Shown: positions 9,303 through 21,479, counted from the stretch's first letter. The stretch: 64,000 nucleotides of DNA from an uncultured delta proteobacterium (GCA_963752595.1 CAVVYZ010000001.1:128001-192000), one strand, 5' to 3'. Notes: generated by a model not told the origin, from the sequence alone. A program made the numbers and translations.

Positions 9303-10367
9303 TTACTTTTCAAAATGTTTTACATACCGGCCGTAGCCTTCCTTTTCCAGGTCCTCCTTCGGAATGAAGCGAAGAGCTGCCGAATTCATGCAGTAGCGTT
9401 TCCCGGTGGGCGCAGGGCCGTCATCGAACACATGCCCGAGGTGCGACTTTCCGTGCTTGCTCCTTACCTCCATCCTGACCATGAAAGTGCTCTTATCCGT
9501 TTTCTGTTCGATATTTCCGGGTTCCAGGGGTTTTGTGAAGCTCGGCCAGCCTGTCCCTGATTCGAATTTGTCCGAGGAGCTGAAGAGCACCTCTCCCGAG
9601 ACTACATCTACGTAGATGCCCTCGCGTTTATTGTTCCAGTACTCGTTCTCAAAGGGGCTTTCCGTTCCGCACTCCTGAGTGACATGGTACTGCAGCGGGT
9701 TCAAACGTATCTTCAGGTCTTCTTCAGGCCGTTTTTCTCCCCCTTTCCGGATACCGGGGGCAGGGCATGTCCCGGATGCGCAGGGGCTGACATACCGTTC
9801 GCGGCCGGAGCGGCTCCGGTAGAATTCATACCGCTGTGCATTTTTCTCGTAGTAGTCCTGGTGGTACTCCTCTGCCTTGTAAAAGGGTGCCGCTTCCCTG
9901 ATCTCCGTGGCAATGGGCTTGTCGAACCTGCCCGATTCGTCAAGCGCTTTCCTGGATTCCTCTGCAATGCGCTTCTGTTCTTCATTGTGATAGAAAATTG
10001 CACTCCGGTACTGGGAGCCCCGGTCGACGAACTGGCCTCCGCTGTCCGTAGGGTCTATCTGCTCCCAGAATATCTGAAGAATCTCCGGGTAACTGATCTT
10101 CGAGGGGTCATACGTCACTTCCACCGCTTCAAGGTGCCCGGTCCTGCCGGAGCTCACTTCCTCGTATGTCGGGTTTTCCGTGCGGCCGCCGGTGTATCCG
10201 GATACGGCCTCGATCACCCCGTCCGTATGATCGAAGGCCGACTCGATGCACCAGAAGCATCCCCCGGCAAAGGTCGCCTTTTCCTGTTTTGGTTCCGAGG
10301 CACTGCTCTGCCCGGGAGAGAATGAAAAATGTGGAATGAAGAGCCGTATCATTCCGTGTCCGCTCAT
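9303..10367 (-). CDS. msrAB: Bifunctional peptide methionine sulfoxide reductase MsrA/MsrB
   Basis: [35 protein letters not shown] and RYCMNSAAL motifs. Confidence 0.95.
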   Translation of the reverse strand: MSGHGMIRLFIPHFSFSPGQSSASEPKQEKATFAGGCFWCIESAFDHTDGVIEAVSGYTGGRTENPTYEEVSSGRTGHLEAVEVTYDPSKISYPEILQIFWEQIDPTDSGGQFVDRGSQYRSAIFYHNEEQKRIAEESRKALDESGRFDKPIATEIREAAPFYKAEEYHQDYYEKNAQRYEFYRSRSGRERYVSPCASGTCPAPGIRKGGEKRPEEDLKIRLNPLQYHVTQECGTESPFENEYWNNKREGIYVDVVSGEVLFSSSDKFESGTGWPSFTKPLEPGNIEQKTDKSTFMVRMEVRSKHGKSHLGHVFDDGPAPTGKRYCMNSAALRFIPKEDLEKEGYGRYVKHFEK

Positions 10368-10602
10368 GGCGATCTCCTTTTTTTACACAGTCACTTTATA
10401 AGTTAGACGCCAAAAAACATGTGAGAGATTCAACGATATAAAGCCGTTAAATATGGTCTGAGAGAACCTGGAAACCAAGGACCGGCCGATAAATTCAGGC
10501 GATATTATAGTGCTTGTAATTCGAAACGCACCCTGATACAGGTTTTACAGACGCAACTCACGCCAAAACGTGGAGGAATAACGCTCCAGGAGGATTATCT
10601 AC

Positions 10603-12399
10603 TTGGAAAAACGCTACAAATTTTCCCTATGGTACATTCTGATAGGGATCTGGGTGGTCCTGATCGCTCAAAGTTATATCTCATCGATGTTCGTGGTGGA
10701 AACCATCCCGTACAGCAACTTTCTCAATCTCGTGAAGACCGATAAGGTGACGGAGATTTCAGTCACCCAGAACGAGATTCACGGCAAGCTCATAGGCAAG
10801 GAAGGAAAAGAGCAGAAGTTCAAAACCGTCCGGGTGGACCCGGAGATTTCGAATATGCTCGAAAACCGTAAGGTCACATTCAAGGGGGAGGAGCAGTCTG
10901 CCATGGCGCAGAACGTCCTGTCCTGGGTTGTGCCGCTGATTCTCTTCGTCGGCATATGGTTTTTCGTCGTGAAGCGCATGTCGGGCAATCAGCCCGGGTT
11001 TATGTCGCTCGGGAAAAACAAGGCGAAGATCTACATGGAAGACGAGCTCAATATAAAATTCGACGATGTGGCAGGTGTGGAAGAGGCAAAGCAGGAGCTG
11101 GTGGAGATCATCGATTTCCTGAAGAACTCGTCCAAGTTCGTCGAGCTCGGCGGCAAGATTCCCAAGGGCATTCTGCTGGTGGGCCCTCCCGGCACCGGAA
11201 AGACCATGCTGGCAAAGGCCGTGGCAGGCGAAAGCGGGGTGCCTTTTTTCAGCCTGAGCGGGTCGGACTTTGTCGAGATGTTCGTGGGGCTGGGAGCAGC
11301 TCGCGTACGGGACCTCTTTACCCAGGCCAAACAAAAGGCGCCGTGCATCATCTTCATCGATGAGCTCGATGCCCTGGGCAAGGCCAGGGGGCTCGGGAAT
11401 ACGAGCGGCCATGACGAGCGGGAGCAGACGCTGAACCAGCTCCTTACCGAGATGGACGGCTTTGATGCCAAGGTGGGCGTGATCCTCATGGCCGCAACCA
11501 ACAGGCCCGAAATCCTCGACCCTGCGCTCTTAAGGCCGGGGAGATTCGACCGCCATGTCCTCGTCGACAGGCCGGATAAGGCCGGGAGGAAGGCGATTCT
11601 CACCGTACACCTGAAAAACATCAAGACAGATGACACAGTCGATGCGGAAAAGATCGCCGGCATGACGCCGGGCATGGTCGGCGCGGATCTCGCCAACCTC
11701 GTAAACGAGGCGGCGCTTCTCGCGGTCAGGCACGGGAAGCAGACGGTAGGCATGCCCGAGTTCGATGAAGCGATCGAGCGGGTCGTGGCAGGCCTCGAGA
11801 AGAAGAACAGGGTCATCAACGTCAAGGAGCGCGAGATCGTGGCCCACCATGAGATGGGCCATGCCATTGTCGCCCTCTCTTTGCCGGGGACCGATCCGGT
11901 GCACAAGATATCCATCATCCCCAGAGGCGTCGCAGCGCTGGGCTACACCATGCAGGTGCCGACCCAGGACCGCTACCTGCTGAGCCGGACCGAACTGCTC
12001 AACAGGATCTCCTCCTTCCTCGGGGGCAGGGCTGCCGAGGAGATCATTTTCGGTGACATCTCCACAGGCGCCCACAACGACCTGTCCCGGGCAACGGACA
12101 TTGCCAAGAGCATGGTGAGGGAATACGGCATGAGCGAGAAGCTCGGCCAGATCTACCTTGCGCCCGACAAACGCTCACAGTTCCTTGATACAGGCGTGAG
12201 CGAACCCCATGACTACAGCGAGGAGACCGCCAGGGAAGTGGACGATGAAATCAGGCAGATCATCCAGGACCAGTACGAAATCGCCCTGTCGATCCTGAAC
12301 GGCAAGAAGGATATACTCGTCAAGGGCTCCAAGCTCCTGCTCGACAAGGAAAAGATCGACCGCGAGGAGATCGAGAGCCTGTTCCATGCAGGGGCGTGA
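10603..12399 (+). CDS. ftsH: ATP-dependent zinc metalloprotease FtsH
   Basis: Two TM segments, [24 protein letters not shown] and HEMGH (HExxH). TTG start after an AGGAGG RBS. Confidence 0.96.
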   Translation: MEKRYKFSLWYILIGIWVVLIAQSYISSMFVVETIPYSNFLNLVKTDKVTEISVTQNEIHGKLIGKEGKEQKFKTVRVDPEISNMLENRKVTFKGEEQSAMAQNVLSWVVPLILFVGIWFFVVKRMSGNQPGFMSLGKNKAKIYMEDELNIKFDDVAGVEEAKQELVEIIDFLKNSSKFVELGGKIPKGILLVGPPGTGKTMLAKAVAGESGVPFFSLSGSDFVEMFVGLGAARVRDLFTQAKQKAPCIIFIDELDALGKARGLGNTSGHDEREQTLNQLLTEMDGFDAKVGVILMAATNRPEILDPALLRPGRFDRHVLVDRPDKAGRKAILTVHLKNIKTDDTVDAEKIAGMTPGMVGADLANLVNEAALLAVRHGKQTVGMPEFDEAIERVVAGLEKKNRVINVKEREIVAHHEMGHAIVALSLPGTDPVHKISIIPRGVAALGYTMQVPTQDRYLLSRTELLNRISSFLGGRAAEEIIFGDISTGAHNDLSRATDIAKSMVREYGMSEKLGQIYLAPDKRSQFLDTGVSEPHDYSEETAREVDDEIRQIIQDQYEIALSILNGKKDILVKGSKLLLDKEKIDREEIESLFHAGA

Positions 12400-12458
12400 T
12401 CTTTATTTAGCTGCACGTCCCGGCCGATTCCATCGCATAGACAGGGAAATGAATCCAT

Positions 12459-12494
12459 GGGATGCCCTCTGATGGGGGCATCCCGTTTTGTTTT
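12459..12494 (+). terminator. Rho-independent terminator after ftsH
   Basis: GGGATGCCC...GGGCATCCC stem followed by GTTTTGTTTT. Confidence 0.65.
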
Positions 12495-12927
12495 CCGAAG
12501 GGGGAACCCTTTTGCCCTTTGCTTCTTGAATGGTGACTGCCTGCGTACATATCCATTGTCTCCAATGTGACAAAAGAGTATGTCATTAAGATGCATATTG
12601 AGAATATCAGCTCTTTTGAAGAGTTCTTATAGAAATCTCTACTCTGATTGCCTGAATAGCCTGTAGAGGTCTCGGGATGTTATATTCAATCCGAGCTGAC
12701 CTTCGATTACCTCAAGGGTATCTGTTCTTTTCTGAAAGACCAAATTGTTATACGTTCGTGCCAGTATCAAAGGTTTGAGTTTTCTTTCAAAAAGTAAACC
12801 TTCCACTTGGATATTATAAATTTAAGCAATAAATATATTTAGATATCTTCAGCGTCTTGATCATTCAAATTTCATAACCTAATCTTTATTATGAGAAGTA
12901 CCGGACCCATAGAAAAGGAATACTAAG

Positions 12928-13272
12928 ATGGTAAATGCCGAAGATAAGAATGACAAGACCAGGGCTTTTGAAGAAGCGCTGAAGGGTGATAAAAAAGAAA
13001 AATATGTCCTGTTCCTGTATATATCCGGGACGACCCCAAAAGCCAAGCGGGCTATCCGGAACATCAAGAATATCTGCGAAGAATATCTCAAAGGAAGGTT
13101 CGATTTAGAGGTTATAGATATTCGGCAGCACCCGGAGGTTGCCATAACTGAAGATATTATGCCCACTCCCACACTCGTGAGAAAACTTCCCCCACCACTT
13201 CGTAAGCTTATAGGAGACCTGTCGGATAGAGAGCATGTTCTTGTGGGCTTGGATATCATGCCTAAAAGCTGA
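12928..13272 (+). CDS. kaiB: KaiB family protein (third copy, convergent with the kai operon)
   Basis: YVLFLYISGTTPKAKRAIRN...LEVIDI...[22 protein letters not shown]. Confidence 0.92.
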   Translation: MVNAEDKNDKTRAFEEALKGDKKEKYVLFLYISGTTPKAKRAIRNIKNICEEYLKGRFDLEVIDIRQHPEVAITEDIMPTPTLVRKLPPPLRKLIGDLSDREHVLVGLDIMPKS

Positions 13273-13444
13273 TTTCGTTAATTACTACAAAAGATAGGCT
13301 ATCTGCGAAGGCTTTGGAAAGTGTTGCGTGAGCTTATAGCTAACTATCATCTCTCTTGATCATTAATGTACTTGCATCTTATGGAGATATCTTCACCAGA
13401 AATCAATTCAGCTTCTTCTGGAATTATCAGGAGAAAGCCCAAGC

Positions 13445-15525
13445 TCAGTGTTCCAACGCCCGGCGGACAGCATTTTTCAGCTCTTTACCGCCGGCCGGTT
13501 TCAGCAGCAGTTCACGAATACCCAGAGAACTCGCTTCCCGTTCGTTTATCACATCGTTGAACCCGGTACACAGGACCACAGGGATACCCGGGCGTATTTC
13601 CAGGGCCTTTCTGGCAAGCTCTACACCTGTCATCTTCGGCATCGTCAGATCGGTTATTACGAGATCGTACTCATATGGGTCCCGCTCAAACAGCCGGAAA
13701 GCTTCCTCGCTGTCCTTTACTGCTACCACACGATAGCCTGAAACCTTCAGCACCCGTTGCAGGCTGAAAAGGACCATCTCCTCGTCATCGATCAGGAGAA
13801 TTTTTTCCCGGCCTTTCTCCGAAGGTGTGGTCTCGGGAGAAGCCGCCTGCGCTTTTACTTTCCCGGCATATATCGGGAGGTATACGGTGAAAAGGGTGCC
13901 CTCTCCCTGTCGGCTCCGGACAGCAATTGTTCCTTCCAGTCTTTTCACGATGCCATGGACAACCGAGAGACCCAGGCCGCTGCCTCTGCCCAATTCTTTT
14001 GTCGTATAGAAAGGTTCGAATATATGATCCAGTACATCAGGTGCAATGCCGCTGCCGGTGTCTTTCACCGCAAGCTCCAGATAGTCGCCTGCTTCCATTT
14101 CCTGATTGGCATGAACCGGCTCCAGGCGGGTCGTTGTCAGCCTCACCTCAATGGTGCCCATACTCGACTCAAAAGCATCCGCCGCATTCTGAACCAGGTT
14201 CATGATGATCTGCTGGATCTGTGTGGAGTCGCCCAGGATCATATGGCTTTGAGCATCGAGGTGCTGCTTGATCTCATGGTGCTCGGCAGCGAGGACCGCA
14301 GGAAATCCAGTGTTTCCTCCACCAGCGGCGCCACTTTTATGGGACTCATCTGCTCTTCGATCCGCCTGCCGAAGGAAAGTATTTTCTTTACGAGATCCCT
14401 CTGGCGAAGGACAGCCTTCAGGGTCTGTTCCAGGAGCTCACGCCTGCTGGAATCCACCGGTGCCTCTGCAAGGAGTTCTTCGATGTTTATGAGGATCGGA
14501 TAGAGAATGTTGTTCAGGTCATGGGCAATGCCGCCGGCGAACCTGTCCAGAGCTTCTATCCTCTGTGTCTGGGCGAGCTGGGATTCAAGGCTTCTTCTCA
14601 GCTTCCGACCGCATGCGTTCCGTGACGTCACGCCAGGTTATTGCCAGCCCCTCCAGATATTTTACCGCCTGGATATCGTAATATCCGGCAGATTCTGTAT
14701 CCATCCCGAGCCCGCCTTCGATAAGGACCGCTTCCCTGGTCATCGGCCTCCCGGTTTCTATGGTCTGTTCGAATACGTCGAACAGACCGGTTTCCCTGAG
14801 CTTAGGGAACAGGTCCAGGAGGGCGAGGCCGTCCAGGTCTCCGTGCTTCCCGTGGAATAATCGGTAGCCGGCTGCATTGGTGTACTCGATGCGAAAGTCG
14901 GTAATGTCGCCTTTGTCATCGCGAATGGCAGAGATGATTGTAAACGCGTCGATCATGGTTTCCACGGAGGTGCGGAAACGCTCCTCACTCTCCTGCAGGG
15001 CCTTGCGGGCATTCTTCTGAAACGTGATATCCGTTATGACGCCGCAAAAGGTCAGTGCCTGGTCAATCTGCAATGGAGAAAAGGAGACTTCGGCCCAGAT
15101 ACTCTCTCCGCCTTTGCCTTGAAAAACGACCTCCGACTTTCCCGTGCTTCTCCTGTCGCCGGATAGATCCCTTTAAATATCTGGCGATGTTCGGGGATGA
15201 CATACTCATACATGGATGACCCTATCAGCTGTGAAAGGGTGACACCCAGCATTTTTGAAAACTGCTTGTTACTATAGAGGATGATGCCGGAATCGTTCGT
15301 CGTTACGGTGCCTTCGCTCATCTCTTCGATGATGATGCGGTACGGTTGGTTTGCTTCCTCAAGGGTGAACACCTGCTCGCCGGAAGCTCCGGATACCACG
15401 AGAGCGTCGACCTCGCCATTCCGGATGGCGCGCGAATACTCCTGCTCATCTTCAAGGCGGGCCTGGAGGGCCTCTATTTCTTCAAGCAATTCTTTTTTGG
15501 TCTTATTTTTCATTTCTCGATGCAT
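13445..15525 (-). CDS. PAS-PAS hybrid histidine kinase-receiver, split by about 3 frameshifts
   Basis: Consecutive overlapping ORFs 15052-15525 (coiled coil + PAS), 14585-15073 (PAS/PAC), 14239-14631 (H-box [10 protein letters not shown]) and 13445-14242 (HATPase + REC). No in-frame stops were seen in the joined domains. Confidence 0.85.
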
Positions 15526-15574
15526 AATGTCTCTTTATTCTCTTCACTCGTTTTCATGGATGTCAATTACTAGA

Positions 15575-15919
15575 TCAGTCCTTTGTCTTGATATTCAACC
15601 CCACGAGTACATGCTCTATATCCGACAGGTCTCCGATAAATTTACGGATAGGCGTCGGGAGCTCTTTTACGAGCGTAGGAACGGCCATGATGTCTTCATC
15701 CCTTGCAGCCCCGGGCTGCTGGTAAATGTCGATGACCTCCAGCTCATATCTTCCTTTGAGATGTTCCTCGCAGATTTTCTTGATATTCCGGATAGCCCGC
15801 ATGGACTTCGGTGTCGTTCCTGTTACATACAGACGCAGAACATACTTTTTCTTCTGGTCATCTTTCAGAGCCTCTTCAAAGGCCCTGGTCTTGTCGTTCT
15901 CTTCTTTTTTCTTGATCAT
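15575..15919 (-). CDS. kaiB: KaiB family protein
   Basis: [20 protein letters not shown]...[22 protein letters not shown]. Confidence 0.93.
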   Translation of the reverse strand: MIKKKEENDKTRAFEEALKDDQKKKYVLRLYVTGTTPKSMRAIRNIKKICEEHLKGRYELEVIDIYQQPGAARDEDIMAVPTLVKELPTPIRKFIGDLSDIEHVLVGLNIKTKD

Positions 15920-15953
15920 TTCGTCCTGCCTTTTTCCCTGCTGATCGAACGCC

Positions 15954-16280
15954 TTATGCGGCCGATTGGCGCAAATCCAGGCCTACAAGCACTTTTTCCG
16001 TGTTGGACAGATCACCGATGATCTTCTTTATTGGCTCCGGAAGCTTGCGCACCAGGGTCGGTATGGCCAGGATCTGGTCTCCTTTAGCCAACTGGGGGTT
16101 CTCCAGGAGATCGATGATCTCGATGCGGTATCTCCCGGCCAGATGCTCTTCACAGATCTTCTTGAGGTTCGCAAAGGCCGCGACAGATTTCTGGGTCTGA
16201 CCGGCAACATACAGCCTCAGTTCATATATCTCATGATCTTCATTCTGATCTTGTTCTATTTTATCATTGTCTTTTTCCAT
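15954..16280 (-). CDS. kaiB: KaiB family protein
   Basis: [21 protein letters not shown]...[24 protein letters not shown]. Confidence 0.95.
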   Translation of the reverse strand: MEKDNDKIEQDQNEDHEIYELRLYVAGQTQKSVAAFANLKKICEEHLAGRYRIEIIDLLENPQLAKGDQILAIPTLVRKLPEPIKKIIGDLSNTEKVLVGLDLRQSAA

Positions 16281-16381
16281 AATGTAAAAGCCTCCGTATT
16301 TCAGTTTGCCATGTTTATCGCATTAAGCTTCTATGGTCCTACCACCACTCTTCTGGAAGGAGTCAATGCTTAATTAATCTA

Positions 16382-18104
16382 TCAGTCCTCTCTATCTATC
16401 CCGTCACCTTTGCGGCTGAAGGCCATATTCATCCTGTTCTGCTCCAGGTTTTTCATTCTGATTCTGCCCTGATCTATCTTGTTTAACAAATCATTCTTCT
16501 CACTTTCGAACTCGGAGCGGATCTGTTCAAGCTGTGCCTCCATTGCCGCACGTCTTTTTTCCAGGTTTGTTTCAAGGCGCTCTATCTCGTTTGAGGCAGC
16601 AGCTTTCTCATCCCGCTCACGCGCCTCCTGGGAAAGCCGTGCAGAACCGGTGAGCACTCCCTCGGGCCCAACATAGACATCCAGGATATCCAGCCCATGC
16701 CTGGTGATCAAAAACTCCCGGATCTGGTTGGAATGGGGCATGCCGCGTGATTTCAAGACGTATATCCCGCGGTTGCGCTCGCCGCCGATCTCGATGTCCC
16801 GCAACAGAAGCCATGTATCGGCCAGGGAGGAGATGCCGACCTCGGTAGCTTCCTCTGATTTTTCTCCTGCCGTGAGTGAGGTGAAGAGCGCGGTTATGCC
16901 CTTGCCCTTCATGTGATCGACCAGCCGCTGGATCATGGATTTGACCTCTCTGAACGAGCCGATCTCAGGCAGGTTGCTGAAGGGGTCTATGACTACGACA
17001 GAGGGCTGGAACTCGTCGACCTCCTTCAGCATCGACAAGAGATGATGCTCCAGGCCATAGACCGTAGGCCGCTGGGAAAAGAAGCTCAAGCCCCCCTTTT
17101 TAAACATTTCTCAAGATCGAGCCCGATGGATGCCATGTTGCGGATCACCTGGCTCGGGGATTCCTCGAAGGTGAAGTAAAGCGCGCGTTCGCCGCGCCTG
17201 CAGGCCGCTTCGGCGAAGGTTGCGGACAGGCTGGACTTGCCCGTACCGGCAGTGCCGGAAACCAGGATAAGGCTGCCCCGGTAATAACCTTTTCCGCCCA
17301 GCATGGCGTCCAGGCGGGGAAGCCCTGTTGGGATGCGCTCCGTGTGCCGACGTGATTCCAGTCCCACCGAGGTGATGGGCAGCACCATGAGCCCTGTCTC
17401 GCTCATGAGGAAGGGGTACTCATTGGTGCCGTGTGTAGAGCCGCGGTACTTCACTACGCGCAGCCGCCGGGTCGATACCTGTTCGATGACCCGGTGGTCG
17501 AGCAGGATCACGCAGTCCGAGACATATTCCTCCAGGCCTTCGCGCGTCAGAGTAGCCCTCCCCCGCTCGCCGGTGATAACCGTGGTCATGCCTTTGTCCT
17601 TGAGCCAGCGGAAGAGCCGGCGCAGCTCGGCCCGCAAGTATTGCCTTGTTGGGAAGCCCGGCAAAGAGCGACTCGATCGTATCCAGGACTACCCTTTTGG
17701 CGCCGATAGACTCGATGGCATGGCCGAGACGGATGAACAGCGCCTTCGAGATCGTATTCGCCGGTCTCCTCGATCTCGGTGCGTTCGACGTAGACATAGT
17801 CCATGATGGAGTTCCTGTCCTCTGCGAGCTTTTCGAGATCGAAGCCTAGCGATGCCCCGTTGGTAACGATTTCTTCAGGAGTCTCCTCAAACGAAACGAA
17901 CACCCCGGGCTCTCTGATAAACAGAGCGCCTCGTACCAGGAACTCCATGGCCAGCATGGACTTGCCGGATCCCGGCCCTCCGGTAACCAGAATTGTACGT
18001 CCCTTGGGAAACCCGCCATAGGTTACTTCGTCAAGGCCCTTGATGCCAGTGGGCACTTTTTCCAGAATGAGATCGTGATTTGTACTTCGTTTTTGACGCG
18101 CCAT
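16382..18104 (-). CDS. kaiC: KaiC (KaiC2-type, double RecA domain with C-terminal coiled coil), split by about 3 frameshifts
   Basis: CI Walker A GGPGSGKS with FEE; CII GTAGTGKS with FEES; GISSLADTW phospho-site loop; KSRGMPHSNQIREF. Frame switches near 17742, 17635 and 17095. Confidence 0.93.
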
Positions 18105-18793
18105 ATACCCCCCCTTATGTGATTCAGTATATGAACAGCTTGCTCCAAATCTAATAATAGTATTTCAATTGATCGTTATTATTGCATGTCTTGGATTAAA
18201 GGCATAGGATATATTGCATTATTGTAATGATAATCAGAGTTTTATCTCATTCACTTTGTGGCCTCATTCTCAAAAAAAAAATCAAATTTTTAAAACCCCA
18301 GATTCTCATCGATGATCATGTGTTTCAGAAAAAGTATATGACATGGGAACACATACAAAAAATTATGTTAGAGGCTACGTGAATGCTCAAGGTTTTCAGG
18401 AGGTAATATGATTTCCCGGGACTGAAGATATCTTCAACAAATCACAATAGAAGCAGGACAGATCAATACTTATGCTTTCCTATAAGAAATGGAAGCTCTG
18501 ATAATACTTATGATATCTGCGATAGATTGTTGGTCTTGAAATGACCCGAAACCAATGATCTCCCGATGAGAGCTTTACTTTTCTAGAGCCAAACTCAGAG
18601 TATAACTACTGCACGTTCATTATCATCTAATCTTAACCTAAAATGCCATTTCATATGCCATTGACCAACTCTTTTGCCATGCCGCAATTGATGAAGGCCC
18701 GATGAAAAAATTATCATGGTGCGGGATTCTGAATGCGGGAAATACTCCTATATATCTATCTTATCTCCGGCATTCCTTATTAATGGAGTATGT

Positions 18794-19774
18794 ATGCTGA
18801 AACTTTGGAATCCTGCCGTTTTCCAGGGCAACCTGCATAAGGTCGGCTATTTTGAAGGCTGGTATTTCAAGCACATAAGCCCTGACAGCAAAACTGCGTA
18901 TGCGGTGATCCCGGGCATATCCCTTACAAAAGACAAAGGACAGGCCCATGCGTTCATACAGTTCTTCGATGCGAGGAAATCCAGGTCTTATCTCCTGAAA
19001 TACCATCTCGATGACTTCCGGTCGGATCAGAAGACATTCGAGATAAAAATCCACAATAATTGGTTTACCCTCCACGGCATGCAGCTGGATATCGACAAGG
19101 AAGAGGTAAGGATCCGGGCGGATATGCGATATGACAACACGCACCCGTGGCCGGTTTCCCTATTATCACCCGGGGCCATGGGATGGTACGCGTTTGTACC
19201 GAAAATGGAATTCTACCACGACGTGTTGAGCTTTAATAACACCCTTGACGGATACATCGAGGTGGATGGCGTCCGGAAGGATTTCACCGGGGGCAAAGGG
19301 TACATTGAAAAAGACTGGGGATCATCCATGCCCCACTCCTGGATATGGATGCAGACAAACCACTTCGACGAGCCCGAGGCTTCTCTTTTCGGATCCATTG
19401 CAAAGATCCCGTGGCTGGGGAGCTACTTTACCGGCTTTTTGTTCGGCCTGTATCTGAAGAAGCGCATTTACCGCTTCACCACATACACCAGCGCACGGAT
19501 GAAGAATCTTGCAATCGATAATGAGCGGGTTGCCCTCACTGTCGAAGATGCACGGTACGGCCTGGAGATAACCGGGCAGAGGTCGGAAGGTGCCCGTCTC
19601 GTTGCGCCGAAGATGGACGAGATGACGGTAAAAATAAACGAAACACTCGATTCCGAGATAGCCCTTACCTTTTACCGGAAGAAGGGCAACGAGGTAATAT
19701 TCTCCGGCACCGGGAGAAATGCCGGACTTGAATATGTCGGGGATGTGGAAGAGCTGGCCGGAGGCCTTCAATAA
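18794..19774 (+). CDS. Tocopherol cyclase-like family protein
   Basis: YFEGWYFK, MGWYAFVP, GYIEKDWGSSMP and WIWMQTNHF motifs. Start at ATG 18794 after GGAG. Confidence 0.8.
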   Translation: MLKLWNPAVFQGNLHKVGYFEGWYFKHISPDSKTAYAVIPGISLTKDKGQAHAFIQFFDARKSRSYLLKYHLDDFRSDQKTFEIKIHNNWFTLHGMQLDIDKEEVRIRADMRYDNTHPWPVSLLSPGAMGWYAFVPKMEFYHDVLSFNNTLDGYIEVDGVRKDFTGGKGYIEKDWGSSMPHSWIWMQTNHFDEPEASLFGSIAKIPWLGSYFTGFLFGLYLKKRIYRFTTYTSARMKNLAIDNERVALTVEDARYGLEITGQRSEGARLVAPKMDEMTVKINETLDSEIALTFYRKKGNEVIFSGTGRNAGLEYVGDVEELAGGLQ

Positions 19775-20228
19775 AATGTACAAATTGAGGTTTGATCTTA
19801 CAAAACACTCTGGTTAGCTATGATATTATCTTGCAAGTTGTTAAGCATGGGATATTTCTGGAACTTGTATTACTAATAGATGTGTGCACGTGTGTATAAA
19901 CATCTTTTACAGATTACCAGCCTCCGGATACTGTAAAACAAACGATATATCGAGGTAACCTTCTATAAGGGCTAAAAGGCATGTATATCACGAAATCTTT
20001 CGGCAACATAGCGCCTGCATCGGGAATGCTATTTTACAGACAACCGTAGGATTGACTTATTTTGGTTGATTTCTAAGATATATTCAATTACTTCAATCAT
20101 ATGTTCATCCAAAAAGATAATCTGGATAGTTGCTTGGACAACAAAGATATTGAAACTTCAAGAAGTGATTCGTTGTTATTTTCCGGAACGATGATTTCTT
20201 TCATCATTGGGGAGATGTAGAAATAATC

Positions 20229-20825
20229 ATGAGTCGAAAGAAAACGGAAGTCAGACAACAGGAAATTATTGAAGCCGTTCAGCGACTAATCTTTAAACAC
20301 GGCAGTGAACATCTAACTGTCAAACGCATAGCCGCGGAGGTCGGCATCTCAGAAGCGGCAATATATCGTCATTTCAAGAGCAAGAAGAGTATTCTCTTAT
20401 TTCTCGTCAACCATATCGAAGACGTTCTTCTGGGAGATATATCACGAGGAGAATCCAGTGATGAGACCGTGACATTAGAAACCATCGAGAAGACTATTCA
20501 AAATCATTTTTCCGCCATTGATTCCAGGAAAGGTCTGGCGTTTCAGGTAATCGCCGAGATCATCAGCCTCGGAGATAAAAGCCTTAACAAGAAAGCGTCG
20601 TTGATGATTAATACATATATCTCCAAACTCATGGAGCTTCTGGCTGCTGGGGTTAAAAGCGGATCTGTCCGGCAAGATCTCGATCTGGAAGCATCGGCAA
20701 TACTGCTGTTTGGTATGATCCAGACGCTGGTAAGCATCTGGTCTCTTAACAGGTGCAACTTCAACCTGATCGAAAAATATGGTTCACTGTGGCAAATATA
20801 CAGTCAGGCAATCGCTCAACGTTGA
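20229..20825 (+). CDS. TetR/AcrR family transcriptional regulator
   Basis: N-terminal HTH LTVKRIAAEVGISEAAIYRHFKSK. Confidence 0.92.
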   Translation: MSRKKTEVRQQEIIEAVQRLIFKHGSEHLTVKRIAAEVGISEAAIYRHFKSKKSILLFLVNHIEDVLLGDISRGESSDETVTLETIEKTIQNHFSAIDSRKGLAFQVIAEIISLGDKSLNKKASLMINTYISKLMELLAAGVKSGSVRQDLDLEASAILLFGMIQTLVSIWSLNRCNFNLIEKYGSLWQIYSQAIAQR

Positions 20826-21094
20826 TTATCCATACTGCCCCTCTATTAAAAAAGAAAGCCTGACTCGTCATGCCTCATTGCCCGTAGCAGGTATAATAAA
20901 CCAGTTGGCGATGAGATAAACAGTCCCTGTATGCTCCTGATTTCTTAATAAGAAAATAGTTTTATCCAACAATTCTTTCAAATTGATTCCGGTCAGTTAA
21001 CCCCACAAACTGAATTCATGCATTTATTTACATCCTTCCATCAGTTAAACCTTAGGACAGTAGCGACAACATTTCTGACCCGTGTCAGTTTGCC

Positions 21095-21144
21095 TTGACA
21101 TGTTAGTGAACGCATACTATTTTGTAAGTTGTGAAACACTTACA
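21095..21144 (+). promoter_or_regulatory. Sigma70-type promoter with downstream palindrome
   Basis: TTGACA (21095)-17 nt-TATTTT, then the palindrome TGTAAGT-N8-ACTTACA (21123-21144). Confidence 0.5.
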
Positions 21145-21198
21145 TGCAAGGGTAGTGCTGGAAATATAAATATTTTTATAAAGAAATGGAGGAGTGTA

Positions 21199-21384
21199 AT
21201 GAAAGACATATTCGTAAAGTTCATTGTCGCGTTCTTATGTATTGCCTCAGTGTTTGTTATCAAGATATTGAATTTGCCGACATTGATTACCGCGCTTTTT
21301 GTAGCTATTGTTGCCGGTATGCTGATATTTGCCTTAGCGGGCGGATTTTCAAAAATTATATCAGCTGGAAAACCGTCTAACTAG
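21199..21384 (+). CDS. Small two-TM membrane protein (61 aa)
   Basis: GGAGGAG RBS, ATG 21199, two hydrophobic segments. Confidence 0.65.
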   Translation: MKDIFVKFIVAFLCIASVFVIKILNLPTLITALFVAIVAGMLIFALAGGFSKIISAGKPSN

Positions 21385-21479
21385 TGTCCGTCCAGAGACC
21401 TGCCGGACGGTTCAGACGGGGTCGGACCAAGTACACTCATTGAATGTATGGGCGAATCAGTTAGGGGACAAGTCTTTAG

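Noticed and set aside
12749-12763. Minus-strand TGGCAC as a sigma54 promoter
   Set aside because: The -12 GC is missing (TGGCAC-GAACG-TATA) and no credible gene follows.
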